The translations under genes and the position numbers were made by a program. From Anaerolineales bacterium (GTDB lineage: Bacteria; Chloroflexota; Anaerolineae; Anaerolineales; UBA4823), in NCBI GenBank assembly GCA_035341015.1, contig DAOQUL010000007.1, forward strand, positions 27,599 to 91,598: a stretch of DNA of 64,000 bases, read 5' to 3'. The notes beneath the pieces are model-generated. The model was given only the letters and a program-made list of their open reading frames with translations, ran no database searches and was not told where the DNA came from. The stretch's first letter is position 1; each line of letters starts with the position of its first letter. Positions 27,351-36,730 of the stretch are shown here, in pieces.

Positions 27351-30176
27351 TCAGGCAGTGCTTTGCTGCCGCGTCTTCCAGAGTTGCCAGGCCCAGGCTG
27401 CGCTGGCCCCTATGGCGGCCCCTAATGCGGCTACCACAAGCACCCCAAATATACCGGCGTTTTCAATCAATATTTTGCTTCCCGGAAGATCTAACGCCAG
27501 GTAAATATAAGCCAAGAGCCCGCACGCCAGTGTGATCAGCCCTCCTCGCACCCCCCATAACAGGCCGCGTTTTTGACTGATCAGCCAATAATTGGCCCCG
27601 CCAATCAGGCTGGCTACCAGGAATGATCCAAGCCAATCACCCAGGTTAACCTGCCCGCGCGGCCCCACAACGATCGGGGTGGGGGTTGGAGAAGGTGTGT
27701 TGGTCGGCGTTTCAGTTGGCACCTCGGTGGCAGTGGGCGAAGGCGTGGGTGTAGAGGTGGGGGGAGGTGGGGTTGAGGTAATGTTCTCGAACGGAATTTC
27801 GTAGGTGAGCAGTTCTGAGAGTGTGGCTGGGTCACTTTGGGCACGAATCGAGATTGTCCCCGACCGGTCAACGCGCAGTGAGGCACGGGCAATGCCCTGG
27901 ATGGTTTGGGCCTCGCTTTGTTGAGACGGTACCGCATCTCCATTATGGACCAGTATAAATTGTACTGGCGTCCCATCGGGCACAATATGCCCATTATGAT
28001 CCAGGATGACGCCCGTGCGTACGGGAATCATATCGCCAACGCGAAAGATTGGCCCCAATGTGGGGTCGGGGGCTGGTGTGCCGCTACCCGTTGATGCAGA
28101 GAGATCGAGGAAAAGGGCAATCGTCTGATCTGGGCCGGGAAATGTGGCCGTATTGAGATCGTACCCTGCCCCTTCAACAGTAACCGGCAGTGCGCCTTCG
28201 GGCTGCAGCTCTTGGAAGAGCAATTTGGCTGCCACTTCAATAAACTTACTTGATCGGCCGAACAATCCATAGTAGGCAGTAAGCTTCGAGATATCGGTGG
28301 CATCTAAGTAATAAGGCGCATTGAGCGCAAAAGCGATGATGTTCTTCCCTTGCAGCAAGTCGGGGCGTTGGTCAAGAAACTGCCTGAAGGCCAGCGAGGA
28401 AGGGATAGATGGTGTTGTGTTCAGCATTGCCACCACAATCCAATCTGCCTGGCGTAAATCGTTCTCAATCTGCAAAGAACCTGTCCCCGCTATCAACATA
28501 TCTTGAAGATCTTGGAACGAGTACGACTGGAGATTGCCAGGCAAGATCTGCCCAGAACCGCTGTAAAGGCGCGTTACAGCCGCTTCTAGAGCGTCTGGAT
28601 TGAGCACAAGCTCCTGCCTGCATAGGCTGCACTGCTGGAAAATGCGCGCGTCGCTGATGAAAACAATGCGGTCGTTTCGCTGGGGAGGATCAGGGATGGC
28701 ATCATCCAGCTCGTCGAGCGACGGGCTGATCAACGTAGCAGCCTGCCGGGCCACATCAAAAGTTACCTGGGTTGAGCTGCCCAACTGGGCAATCCCGCTT
28801 TGATCTGGCAGGGTATCGGTTAATGAGAAAGTGTTTCCATATAGGCGGTATTTCAAGGTCAAGATGCGTAGTACCGACTCGTCAACGCGTTGTGCAAATG
28901 CCGCATCTTCACGATATTTTTGAGCAAAGAAATCAAGTGTGAGAATGACCGTTGTGTACGTGTCGGGGTCAGCGCTGGCGCGAAAATCTCCCAGGTATAA
29001 GAGATCGTTGCCTGCCAGGAAGGCATCGCGCGCAACCAAACGGCTGTTAAAAGTTTGTCCTGTCGGATCGTAGAACCGTCGAACGGCACGGCTGCCGAGA
29101 TCATCGCTGATCATAATGCCGCCGTCTTGCCGCCATGTAGAGAACGGTGTCAGGTTCATGAGCTGCGAGAAAGCCTGGGTATCAAAACTAACCGGTTTGG
29201 TGGTGGCCCGGATATTGCCCTGGAAACCCTGGTAACGGATATGTGAAGTCAGTAAGGCGTCGGCGGTTGTAATTTGGTCTGGGGCATTGCCGGTGACCGA
29301 GAAGAATGGCGCCAGCTCAATTTGCTTCAACTGTTCCAAAGACTTACGCACCGTGGCAACTTCTTCTTCAGGCAGGCGATCTGAACCCCCAAAACCTGGG
29401 AAGTGCTTGGCGACTACCGCGATTTGATTATTGCTGCCCTGGTGGATGCCGGCGATGTAAGATTGGCCCATTCGCCCAACCCAATAGGGATCACCCCCAA
29501 AGGTTCGGATCCCCAGGTCGCTGCCGCTTTCGGTATTAGGGCTTTCGATCACATCCAATGATGGGCCAATCAGCAGGTTAAAGCCCAGAGCAGCCAATTC
29601 CTTCCCGAGCACATCGCCAACTTGATAGGCCAGGTTGGTGTTCCAGGTGGCGCCAATGGCCATTGGGCTGGGTAGGGGGGTCATACCGCTTAATATTTGA
29701 TCGTATGGATAACCATCCCCCTCTTGTGAGATGCCGATAAAGAGTGGGACGTAAGCCGGGCGAAAGCTCTCTTTGGTGACGGGGTTGGTCTGCAAAGATT
29801 GCGAAGCCGCATATTCGTTTCGCTGAAGTTGACCGGTCAGGCTCTCGGCCAGGGCAATCGTCTGGTCAACCCCTACAAAATTGTCGTTGGTTGCCGAGAG
29901 CATTACGCCGCCGATATGGTGGTTGACAATCAGGTCATAGATTTGGTTGCCGGTGGGCGAACCGGCACCTGCCTCGGGGCCTTTGAAACTGATCAGGAAC
30001 AGTTGGCCGACCCGCTCCTCCGGCGTGAGCATTGCCAACAGATCGGCGGCGTGGCTTTCGGGGCTGATGGCTGGCTCTTCTGCGCGCACAAAGGGCGCAG
30101 CCTGGCCGATGGTCGTGGGGGTTACCCAAACGATCAACAGCAGAGTATAGAAGAGGCGAAGCGGCAGGCTTTTCAT
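27351..30176 (-). CDS. membrane-anchored glycoside hydrolase family 3 (NagZ-like) protein, 941 aa
   Basis: Signal peptide, GH3 motif KHFPGFGGSD, Pro/Thr linker (TSTPPPPTSTPTPSPTATEVPTETPTNTPSPTPTP) and three C-terminal TM helices. Confidence 0.8.
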   Translation of the reverse strand: MKSLPLRLFYTLLLIVWVTPTTIGQAAPFVRAEEPAISPESHAADLLAMLTPEERVGQLFLISFKGPEAGAGSPTGNQIYDLIVNHHIGGVMLSATNDNFVGVDQTIALAESLTGQLQRNEYAASQSLQTNPVTKESFRPAYVPLFIGISQEGDGYPYDQILSGMTPLPSPMAIGATWNTNLAYQVGDVLGKELAALGFNLLIGPSLDVIESPNTESGSDLGIRTFGGDPYWVGRMGQSYIAGIHQGSNNQIAVVAKHFPGFGGSDRLPEEEVATVRKSLEQLKQIELAPFFSVTGNAPDQITTADALLTSHIRYQGFQGNIRATTKPVSFDTQAFSQLMNLTPFSTWRQDGGIMISDDLGSRAVRRFYDPTGQTFNSRLVARDAFLAGNDLLYLGDFRASADPDTYTTVILTLDFFAQKYREDAAFAQRVDESVLRILTLKYRLYGNTFSLTDTLPDQSGIAQLGSSTQVTFDVARQAATLISPSLDELDDAIPDPPQRNDRIVFISDARIFQQCSLCRQELVLNPDALEAAVTRLYSGSGQILPGNLQSYSFQDLQDMLIAGTGSLQIENDLRQADWIVVAMLNTTPSIPSSLAFRQFLDQRPDLLQGKNIIAFALNAPYYLDATDISKLTAYYGLFGRSSKFIEVAAKLLFQELQPEGALPVTVEGAGYDLNTATFPGPDQTIALFLDLSASTGSGTPAPDPTLGPIFRVGDMIPVRTGVILDHNGHIVPDGTPVQFILVHNGDAVPSQQSEAQTIQGIARASLRVDRSGTISIRAQSDPATLSELLTYEIPFENITSTPPPPTSTPTPSPTATEVPTETPTNTPSPTPTPIVVGPRGQVNLGDWLGSFLVASLIGGANYWLISQKRGLLWGVRGGLITLACGLLAYIYLALDLPGSKILIENAGIFGVLVVAALGAAIGASAAWAWQLWKTRQQSTA

Positions 30177-31051
30177 TGCGCGGTCGCCCTCGAAGCAGAT
30201 GCTTCTGCCTGGGTTAACTGCTGGGCTTCTTGGGTCAGGATACCGTGTAGCAGATCGCGGCGCGATGCCCCGCTCAAAGATTCAAGGTGGCGTATGCCCA
30301 ATGGGTCGATTTCTTCTCGCAGAAGGCGCAGCTCTTCGCCTGAAGGCAAAGGGGTTTCTTGGATATCATCGGCCAACTCCAGCTCGAAGCCAGTGTGAGC
30401 TTGGATACTGGAGATGCTCACGCCAGGGTGATAAGAGGTCAGCCGCAGGCGGCCATTGGCAAAATCAAACTGCCCCAAGTCTGAGATCAGGTAGCTTGGG
30501 CCCGCCCCCTGTGTTCTCAGTGGGTTGTTCCCCAGCCCTGAACAAAAGTCGATCTGCTTGACAAAGGTGGCGCGAGAGTGGCGCGGTACATACAGGTACA
30601 CATCTTGAGCAAACACGGTCACATCTGGTATTCCACCGGCGCCTGGCATGCGCAGGCGTGGGCGCCGGTAGTCTTTGCCAAAGGCGATATTGTTGAAATT
30701 CCCAAAGCAATCTACTTGCGCTGGTCGGAAGAATTCCTTTAGATGCAGGCTGGTCAAAATCTCTACCGAGGCGCGCACAAAGCCAATGCTGCTCAATGCC
30801 CGGTCTAGCCACAGCGTTTCAATGCTGCGGATGCTGAGCGGTGCAGGGTAGCGGCACATGCCTTGCCCGATGGCTGAAGCAAAATACAAATCTGGCGCGT
30901 GGGTATAACGTGCCAGCATGTAAGCGGCGGTTGCCAATGGGGTTGCCAAACCCTGGACCACTGCATCGCCAGCACGAATCTGGCGCGCCATGCAGGTCAC
31001 CATGATATCATCGATGCTGGGGGTTTCTGATGGGCGTACGGCGTGTTCCAT
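30173..31051 (-). CDS. CoA-transferase beta-subunit-like protein (orphan, no alpha subunit adjacent)
   Basis: Resembles glutaconate/3-oxoacid CoA-transferase subunit B (GIPDVTVF, ISDLGQFDF). Its stop overlaps the GH3 start by 4 nt. Confidence 0.6.
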   Translation of the reverse strand: MEHAVRPSETPSIDDIMVTCMARQIRAGDAVVQGLATPLATAAYMLARYTHAPDLYFASAIGQGMCRYPAPLSIRSIETLWLDRALSSIGFVRASVEILTSLHLKEFFRPAQVDCFGNFNNIAFGKDYRRPRLRMPGAGGIPDVTVFAQDVYLYVPRHSRATFVKQIDFCSGLGNNPLRTQGAGPSYLISDLGQFDFANGRLRLTSYHPGVSISSIQAHTGFELELADDIQETPLPSGEELRLLREEIDPLGIRHLESLSGASRRDLLHGILTQEAQQLTQAEASASRATAQ

Positions 31052-31057
31052 AATTCC

Positions 31058-31831
31058 TTACCCGGTTGAGGGCACCTTAAGCCCAGCCAGTGCCTGTTGG
31101 GCCAATGGCGGATCGTCGGTGAACACACCATCGATGCCAATTGTAAAAAGATGCTCAAGGTCAGAACGTAAATTGACCGTATACACATTGACCCGTTTGC
31201 CCTGCTTGTGTGCGCCTTGGATCAAGGCGGGGGTGGCGTCGCCTTTTTCGGGATGCAGGGCCTGGTAAGGCACCAGCAGCTTACCAAGCCAGCCGCGTGC
31301 CCAGGTTCCAGATTTCCCCGCCACGGTTAGCAGCCCGAGGGGAATTTCTGGAAGCTGGCGGTGGGCGCGTCGCAGGGCCAGTGGATTGAACGATGAGAAC
31401 ATAACGCTTTGCGTCAATCCAAACTTCTTCACCAGCTCGGTTACCTTTTCGGGCAGCTTGTCGGTCATCGAGGCGTAATTGGCAATCTCGATGTTAATGA
31501 AGATCTTTCTACCCACTGTCTCGAAAACCTCATCTAGGGTTGGCAGTTTTTCGCCTTTGAATGCGGCATCGAAATGCGAGCCGGCCTCTAGCTCGCGCAG
31601 TGCTGCCAGGGGGGTTTGGATCACAATTCCCTGGCCGTTGGTAGTCCGCTCTAGCGTTTGATCGTGGATGACGATCACGTGCCCATCTGCCGTGAGCTTG
31701 GTGTCCAGTTCGATGGCATCAGCTTTTTGTTCCACTGCCAGGCGAAAGGCCGCCAAGGTGTTTTCGGGGGCATAAGCACTTGCGCCGCGGTGCGCAAAGA
31801 TGGTCGGTCGCGGTAAGCTTTCAAAAGCCAT
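31058..31831 (-). CDS. glycerophosphodiester phosphodiesterase
   Basis: GDPD motifs FAHRGASAYAPENT and ELDTKLTADGHVIVIHD. Confidence 0.85.
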   Translation of the reverse strand: MAFESLPRPTIFAHRGASAYAPENTLAAFRLAVEQKADAIELDTKLTADGHVIVIHDQTLERTTNGQGIVIQTPLAALRELEAGSHFDAAFKGEKLPTLDEVFETVGRKIFINIEIANYASMTDKLPEKVTELVKKFGLTQSVMFSSFNPLALRRAHRQLPEIPLGLLTVAGKSGTWARGWLGKLLVPYQALHPEKGDATPALIQGAHKQGKRVNVYTVNLRSDLEHLFTIGIDGVFTDDPPLAQQALAGLKVPSTG

Positions 31832-31854
31832 AAATATACCAGCCAGATCCAGAT

Positions 31855-33192
31855 TTATAGTTCAACGAAATAAGCGGTGGCAGAACGGTCGATCAGGTCA
31901 CGCGTCATGGCTGGTTCAACTGTCAGGTAGCGGCTGATATCGATGATCTGGTCGCATAGATCGCGGGGATGAGATGCGCGCAGCTTGCGGGCCCGCTTGA
32001 TATACCATTCCTGGAGCAAATACGCCAGGCCCTGGTCGCTGTACTGTACACCCTTGGCGTTGGCCACACGTTTGAAAATCTCGCGATATTCCTCGTAGGT
32101 AGGGTCGCCAACCTCGATCTTGTGGCGCAAGCGGCGTAGGAAGGCCTCGTCAACCAGATCGCGCGGCGGCAGGTTGGTTGAGAAAACAACCAGCACGTCA
32201 AAAGGAATCTCAATTTTGCGGCCGGTGTGCAAGGTCAGGAAGTCGGTGCGATTTTCCAGCGGCACAATCCAGCGGTTGAGCAGATCGCGAGGCCGAACCA
32301 GTTGACGGCCAAAGTCATCGATCAACAAAATGCCGCCGTTCGCCTTGACCTGGAAAGGGGCCTCGTAAAATTTGTGTGTATCATCAAATACCAGGTCAAG
32401 TCCAGCCAGGGTCAATTCACCGCCCACAACGATGAACGGACGGCGAATGCGTATCCAACGCGGGTCGCGGCGCACCGTGCTTGTGCGCAGTGCCCCGGTG
32501 CCGGGTAGATTGGCGTTGGATTCTTCGGCCAGTTGGTGGTTGACCGAATCGTACAGCTTGACCACCTGTCCATCGACATAAATGGCATAGGGGATGTACA
32601 TGCTTTCGCGCAAGATCATATTGCCCACAGCCCGTGCCACGCTGGTCTTGCCATTCCCCGGAGGCCCGTACAAGAAGATAGATGTGCCCGAGTTGACAGC
32701 CGGCCCAATGCGCTGGAAGGTTGACTCAGATAAAACCAGGTGCGAAAGCGCTTGCCGGATGCTGCGGTGGGTAATGGTGGGGCGCGCCTGCCCCTGGCGG
32801 AGAACCGACTCGTTGTAAACCTGGATTGGCACGGGTGCGGGCCCGGCATATTGGCTGCGCTCTAAAGCCTCGCGCGCTCTGCTCATGCCTGCGCTGGTAA
32901 TTGCATACAAATAGGCGCCTTCACCCAGCCCTATCTGCGATGATTTTACCTCAATGAATTTTTCTCGCTTCAGTGCCTCTAAGATCTGGTCAACCAGCCC
33001 GGTGAAGGGCAGTGCCATTTCTTCAGCAATCTTGAAGCCGCTCAAGTAGCCCTGGAAATATAAAATCTTCAAAGCCAGGTCTTGCAGCCAAAGCTGCGAA
33101 AGCCCAGTGTCCTCGATTTTGGTGAGGTTGGGCGGGGTAAACGCACCGCTGGGGGCGCTTGTAGCAGCAGGTCGGGAGCGCGCATTATCCAT
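31855..33192 (-). CDS. classical-clade AAA+ ATPase with N-terminal wHTH-like region
   Basis: Walker A GPPGNGKT, Walker B ILLIDDFGRQ, sensor-1 VVFSTN, DEAFLRRLRHKIEV. A ~100-aa insert lies between Walker A and B. TATAAT (33227-33232, minus strand) and a GGAGG SD upstream. Confidence 0.75.
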   Translation of the reverse strand: MDNARSRPAATSAPSGAFTPPNLTKIEDTGLSQLWLQDLALKILYFQGYLSGFKIAEEMALPFTGLVDQILEALKREKFIEVKSSQIGLGEGAYLYAITSAGMSRAREALERSQYAGPAPVPIQVYNESVLRQGQARPTITHRSIRQALSHLVLSESTFQRIGPAVNSGTSIFLYGPPGNGKTSVARAVGNMILRESMYIPYAIYVDGQVVKLYDSVNHQLAEESNANLPGTGALRTSTVRRDPRWIRIRRPFIVVGGELTLAGLDLVFDDTHKFYEAPFQVKANGGILLIDDFGRQLVRPRDLLNRWIVPLENRTDFLTLHTGRKIEIPFDVLVVFSTNLPPRDLVDEAFLRRLRHKIEVGDPTYEEYREIFKRVANAKGVQYSDQGLAYLLQEWYIKRARKLRASHPRDLCDQIIDISRYLTVEPAMTRDLIDRSATAYFVEL

Positions 33193-33292
33193 ACAATCCT
33201 CCTGAACTCATTGGGATGATACGATGATTATAGCACGGCATTTGCCATCTGTTGCCAAAAGGGCATAAAAAATCGTGCAAAGAAGAAACCCT

Positions 33293-33301
33293 TGATATAA
33301 T
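33293..33301 (+). promoter_or_regulatory. extended -10 (TGaTATAAT) 7 nt upstream of the GT2 ATG (leaderless arrangement)
   Basis: TG at 33293-33294, TATAAT at 33296-33301, tgtgccc, then the ATG at 33309. Confidence 0.45.
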
Positions 33302-33308
33302 TGTGCCC

Positions 33309-33992
33309 ATGAAATTAACAGTCGTGATCCCAGTCTACAATGAAGAGAAAACCATTCGCGAGATCATCCATCGGGTGCAGGCGACAGGCCTGGTGGACGA
33401 GATTCTGGTAGTCGATGATGGCTCTGTGGATGGCAGCCGGGCTATTTTGGCCGAGTTGGATGGAACCGGAACAGTACGCGTCATACTCCACGACCGCAAC
33501 CAGGGCAAAGGGGCTGCGGTGCGGACGGGCATCCGGAATGCCAATGGCGAGTTGATCCTGATCCAGGATGCAGATTTAGAATATGATCCACGCGATTATC
33601 CGGCTTTGCTCAGACCGATCGACGAGGACATCGCAGACGTAGTGTATGGCTCGCGCTTCTTGGGGGCTGCCAGGCGGCCAATTTTGTTTTGGAATATGGT
33701 GGCCAATAAAATCTTGACCCTGATCACCAATGTCCTCTACAATAATATTTTGACGGATATGGAAACAGGGTATAAGCTCTTCCGGCGCGAAATTGTGCAG
33801 GATATGCCCCTGCATGCCCGAGGTTTTGAATTTGAGCCTGAGTTCACTGCCAAGATCTTGAAGCGCAAAGCACGTATCTTTGAGGTGCCCATCACCTTCA
33901 ACCCGCGCAATTATACCGAGGGCAAGAAGATCAAAGCCAGCGATGCTTTTGTTGCTATATGGACGTTGTTCAAATACCGGTTTATTGATTGA
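33309..33992 (+). CDS. family-2 glycosyltransferase (polyprenol-phosphate sugar synthase-like)
   Basis: VVIPVYNEE, VVDDGSVDGS and DADLEYDP motifs. Start set at the ATG at 33309, not the TTG at 33252. Confidence 0.85.
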   Translation: MKLTVVIPVYNEEKTIREIIHRVQATGLVDEILVVDDGSVDGSRAILAELDGTGTVRVILHDRNQGKGAAVRTGIRNANGELILIQDADLEYDPRDYPALLRPIDEDIADVVYGSRFLGAARRPILFWNMVANKILTLITNVLYNNILTDMETGYKLFRREIVQDMPLHARGFEFEPEFTAKILKRKARIFEVPITFNPRNYTEGKKIKASDAFVAIWTLFKYRFID

Positions 33993-35717
33993 TCAGTCGC
34001 TTGGGCGCAGGTCGCGCACGTTGAGCTGTAAAGAAACCCGCCCGTTGAACTCGTTCTTCTCAAAAGTATATAACAAGTCAATTGCCGCCGGCATTCTACC
34101 AACCCAATGACCCAGCCGGAAGGCGATCGCGTCATACGTAATGCGGCCATCGGTAACAGCCAATTTCAGGTGGCTGCTGTCTTTGCCGACGGCTTGCTGG
34201 CGCGTCACACGCAAGCCGCGCGAGATAAATGCTGCCTGGCGGTTGCCATACCCGGTCGGCTGAAGCCAATCCAGGTGCGTTAACAGCTCGGGCTTTAATT
34301 CGGATAGGGGAATCTCAACATCTGCGTGCAGCACGGGACGTAAATCCAGTTCGGCCAGTTGGGTCGTGGCGATTGCTTGTAGGCGCTCTACCAACGCGGG
34401 CAGGTTTTCGTTGCGTACTGTGAATCCAGCCGCCGCCGCGTGCCCGCCATGATGCTCCAGCAGATCGGCGCACTCATCCAACGCTTTGGTAATGTGAAAT
34501 TCAGGTATGCTGCGGCAAGAACCGACCGTAAATTCTTCGCCGTGGTGCGCCACGATAACAGGTCGGTAGAATAATTCAGTTAAGCGAGATGCCGCCAGGC
34601 CAACCACACCCGGATTAAAACTGGGGTCGTCGGCAAAGATCAAGAAGTCACTTTCTGCCCGGGCCTGCGCCATCTGCTGGGCCTGCTCTTGGATCTGGTG
34701 GGTTACCTTTTGGCGTTCGCGGTTCTGGTTGTCCAATTCTTGCGCCAGGCGAGCCGCTTCTTGAACATCTTGGGTCGTCAGCAGATGGAATGCTGCCAGG
34801 GCCGAATCCAGCCGCCCGGCAGCGTTCAGGCGCGGCCCCAGCGTAAAGCCAATGTCGGTGGCGGTGATGCGGGTGGGGGTTAGGCCCGCTACCCCGATCA
34901 AAGACATGATCCCCTGGCGGCTGGGCCGGCGGATACTGCGCAGCCCGCGGCGTACCAGGGCGCGGTTTTCTCCTACCAGTGGGGCCAGGTCTGCCACAGT
35001 TCCAATCGCCACCAGATCCAGGAGACTCTCGACGCTGAAGTCTGTCTTGCCGGCCTGTTGGAGCAGCCCATCGGCCAGCTTATAGGCCAATCCAACGCCT
35101 GCCAGATCTTTGTCGGGGTATGTATCATCTGGCAGCTTGGGATTGATGATCGCCAGGGAGCTGGGGATCTCATCGCCTGGGTGGTGATGGTCGGTGATGA
35201 TCAAATCCAGGCCCAGTTGTTGCGCATAGTCAGCTTCGGCCAATGAACGGATGCCGCAGTCTACGGTGATCACCAGGCGAACGCCCTCGGCATGCAAGGT
35301 GCTCAATGCCTCGAAATTCAACCCATACCCCTCATCAAAGCGGTTGGGAATATAAGGGCGCACATCTGCCCCAAGCATTTGGAATACCTGGATCAGCAGG
35401 GCGGTAGCAGTGACGCCGTCGGCGTCATAATCGCCATAGATGGCGATCGGCTCGTGTTTGTGGATGGCGTGCCAGATTCGCTCGGCTGCCGCAGAAAACC
35501 CTGACAGGTTGCCGGGTTCGGTGCCTTCTGGGGGTTGAGCTTCAAGAAATTGACGAGCCGTTTCTGGCGTGGTGTATCCGCGGTTAAATAGAATCTGCCG
35601 CAGAACGGGTGGGAAGTTTTGCAGCCCACGGTCAATATCTGGAGAAATCGGCGCCGCGACTTCCCATTGCTTTTCAAGAGGGGTGATCATTTGCTGTTTG
35701 CCATCAGGCCGGCTCAA
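33993..35717 (-). CDS. recJ: single-stranded-DNA-specific exonuclease RecJ
   Basis: DHH motifs (YGDYDADGVT, ITVDCG, ITDHHH) and DHHA1 HGGHAAAAGFT. Confidence 0.92.
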   Translation of the reverse strand: MSRPDGKQQMITPLEKQWEVAAPISPDIDRGLQNFPPVLRQILFNRGYTTPETARQFLEAQPPEGTEPGNLSGFSAAAERIWHAIHKHEPIAIYGDYDADGVTATALLIQVFQMLGADVRPYIPNRFDEGYGLNFEALSTLHAEGVRLVITVDCGIRSLAEADYAQQLGLDLIITDHHHPGDEIPSSLAIINPKLPDDTYPDKDLAGVGLAYKLADGLLQQAGKTDFSVESLLDLVAIGTVADLAPLVGENRALVRRGLRSIRRPSRQGIMSLIGVAGLTPTRITATDIGFTLGPRLNAAGRLDSALAAFHLLTTQDVQEAARLAQELDNQNRERQKVTHQIQEQAQQMAQARAESDFLIFADDPSFNPGVVGLAASRLTELFYRPVIVAHHGEEFTVGSCRSIPEFHITKALDECADLLEHHGGHAAAAGFTVRNENLPALVERLQAIATTQLAELDLRPVLHADVEIPLSELKPELLTHLDWLQPTGYGNRQAAFISRGLRVTRQQAVGKDSSHLKLAVTDGRITYDAIAFRLGHWVGRMPAAIDLLYTFEKNEFNGRVSLQLNVRDLRPSD

Positions 35718-36645
35718 AGGTTTGCGCCAGGGCCAGGGCTCCTTTTAACCCCACATCATCACCAAGTGCAGCGGTCGCCAAGGTCAGGTTGTCAAGGTAC
35801 TGCGCCGATAACACGTGCTCGTGTAACGCAACGCGCAGGGGGTCGAGCAGGTATTGGCCGCTTTGGACAACGCCGCCGCCGATGATGACGGCTGATGGAT
35901 TGAAGATGTGCAGCCAATCTGCAATTGCTACACCCAGGTAATTGCCGGCCCTTGCCAGGGCTGCTGCCGCCAGCTTGTCACCGCGCTGGGCAGCCACAGA
36001 AACATCCTTGGCGCTGATCTTCTTGTTTTCAGATAAAATGGATGGCACGCCTTTGCCAATCTCTTCTCGCACCCATCTTGCAATCGACGGGCCTGAGGCA
36101 ATTGCTTCCAGATGCCCAGGTTGACCACAGCCGCAGCGAGGCCCGTTTGGAACGACCGTCACATGCCCCAATTCGGCCGCCAGGCCGCGCACACCCAGCA
36201 GCAGCTTGTCGTTGATGATCACGCCTCCGCCGATGCCTGTGCTGACGGTAATATAGATCAGGTGGTGATGCCCTTGCCCGGCTCCGAAGCGCCACTCACC
36301 CAGGGCAGCCAGGTTGGCATCATTGCCAATCGCCGTGGGCACATGAAAGCGGTCTTCAATGTGCTTGCGAAGCGGCATATTATTCCAACCCGGGATATTG
36401 GGGGCCTCATAAAGAATACCCGTGTATGGGTCTGATGGGCCAGGGGCTGCTACGGTGATGGCCTTGATTGTTTCTCCGGGTGGGCTGATTGATTCTAATA
36501 GAAGAAGGAATCGCTCCAGAGAGGTGCCGGAATCGCCTTGGGTAGCTATTTTTTCGACGCGGACAGGCTTTGGGCTTGCAACCGGGAAGCAAGCTGCCCG
36601 CATTTGTGTACCGCCGATGTCTGCAACAAGATAGTATTCTGCCAT
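35704..36645 (-). CDS. glk: ROK-family glucokinase
   Basis: ADIGGTQMR ATP-binding start and ROK zinc motif CGCGQPGHLEA. Start set at the ATG at 36645, which sits 7 nt after a TATACT box. Confidence 0.85.
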   Translation of the reverse strand: MAEYYLVADIGGTQMRAACFPVASPKPVRVEKIATQGDSGTSLERFLLLLESISPPGETIKAITVAAPGPSDPYTGILYEAPNIPGWNNMPLRKHIEDRFHVPTAIGNDANLAALGEWRFGAGQGHHHLIYITVSTGIGGGVIINDKLLLGVRGLAAELGHVTVVPNGPRCGCGQPGHLEAIASGPSIARWVREEIGKGVPSILSENKKISAKDVSVAAQRGDKLAAAALARAGNYLGVAIADWLHIFNPSAVIIGGGVVQSGQYLLDPLRVALHEHVLSAQYLDNLTLATAALGDDVGLKGALALAQTFEPA

Positions 36646-36652
36646 GTTCAAA

Positions 36653-36681
36653 AGTATAGCATAAAAGCATTTTTCCGACAA
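36653..36681 (-). promoter_or_regulatory. glk promoter (leaderless arrangement)
   Basis: The minus strand reads TTGTCG, 17 nt, TATACT, tttgaac, ATG. Confidence 0.5.
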
Positions 36682-36690
36682 AAATTAGCG

Positions 36691-36719
36691 TTGACGAGTT
36701 TGTCAAACACTGCTATCAT
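36691..36719 (+). promoter_or_regulatory. yvcK promoter (near-leaderless arrangement)
   Basis: TTGACG (36691-36696), 17-nt spacer, TATCAT (36714-36719), with the ATG 11 nt later at 36731. Back-to-back with the glk promoter. Confidence 0.55.
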
Positions 36720-36730
36720 CAAGATTTGGT

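Noticed and set aside
27690-27790. Repetitive Pro/Thr-coding DNA in GH3, and similarly at 50690-50790 and 57140-57190, considered as dispersed repeats.
   Set aside because: These are low-complexity linker-coding tracts with different nucleotide sequences and GC content. The similarity is compositional, not a shared repeat element.
33987-33998. Convergent genes abutting with no spacer or terminator: GT2/recJ stops share tgatca, and STPK/GH3 at 27346/27351 are 4 nt apart.
   Set aside because: This shows only that the genome is compact. No hairpin or other signal is present to interpret.
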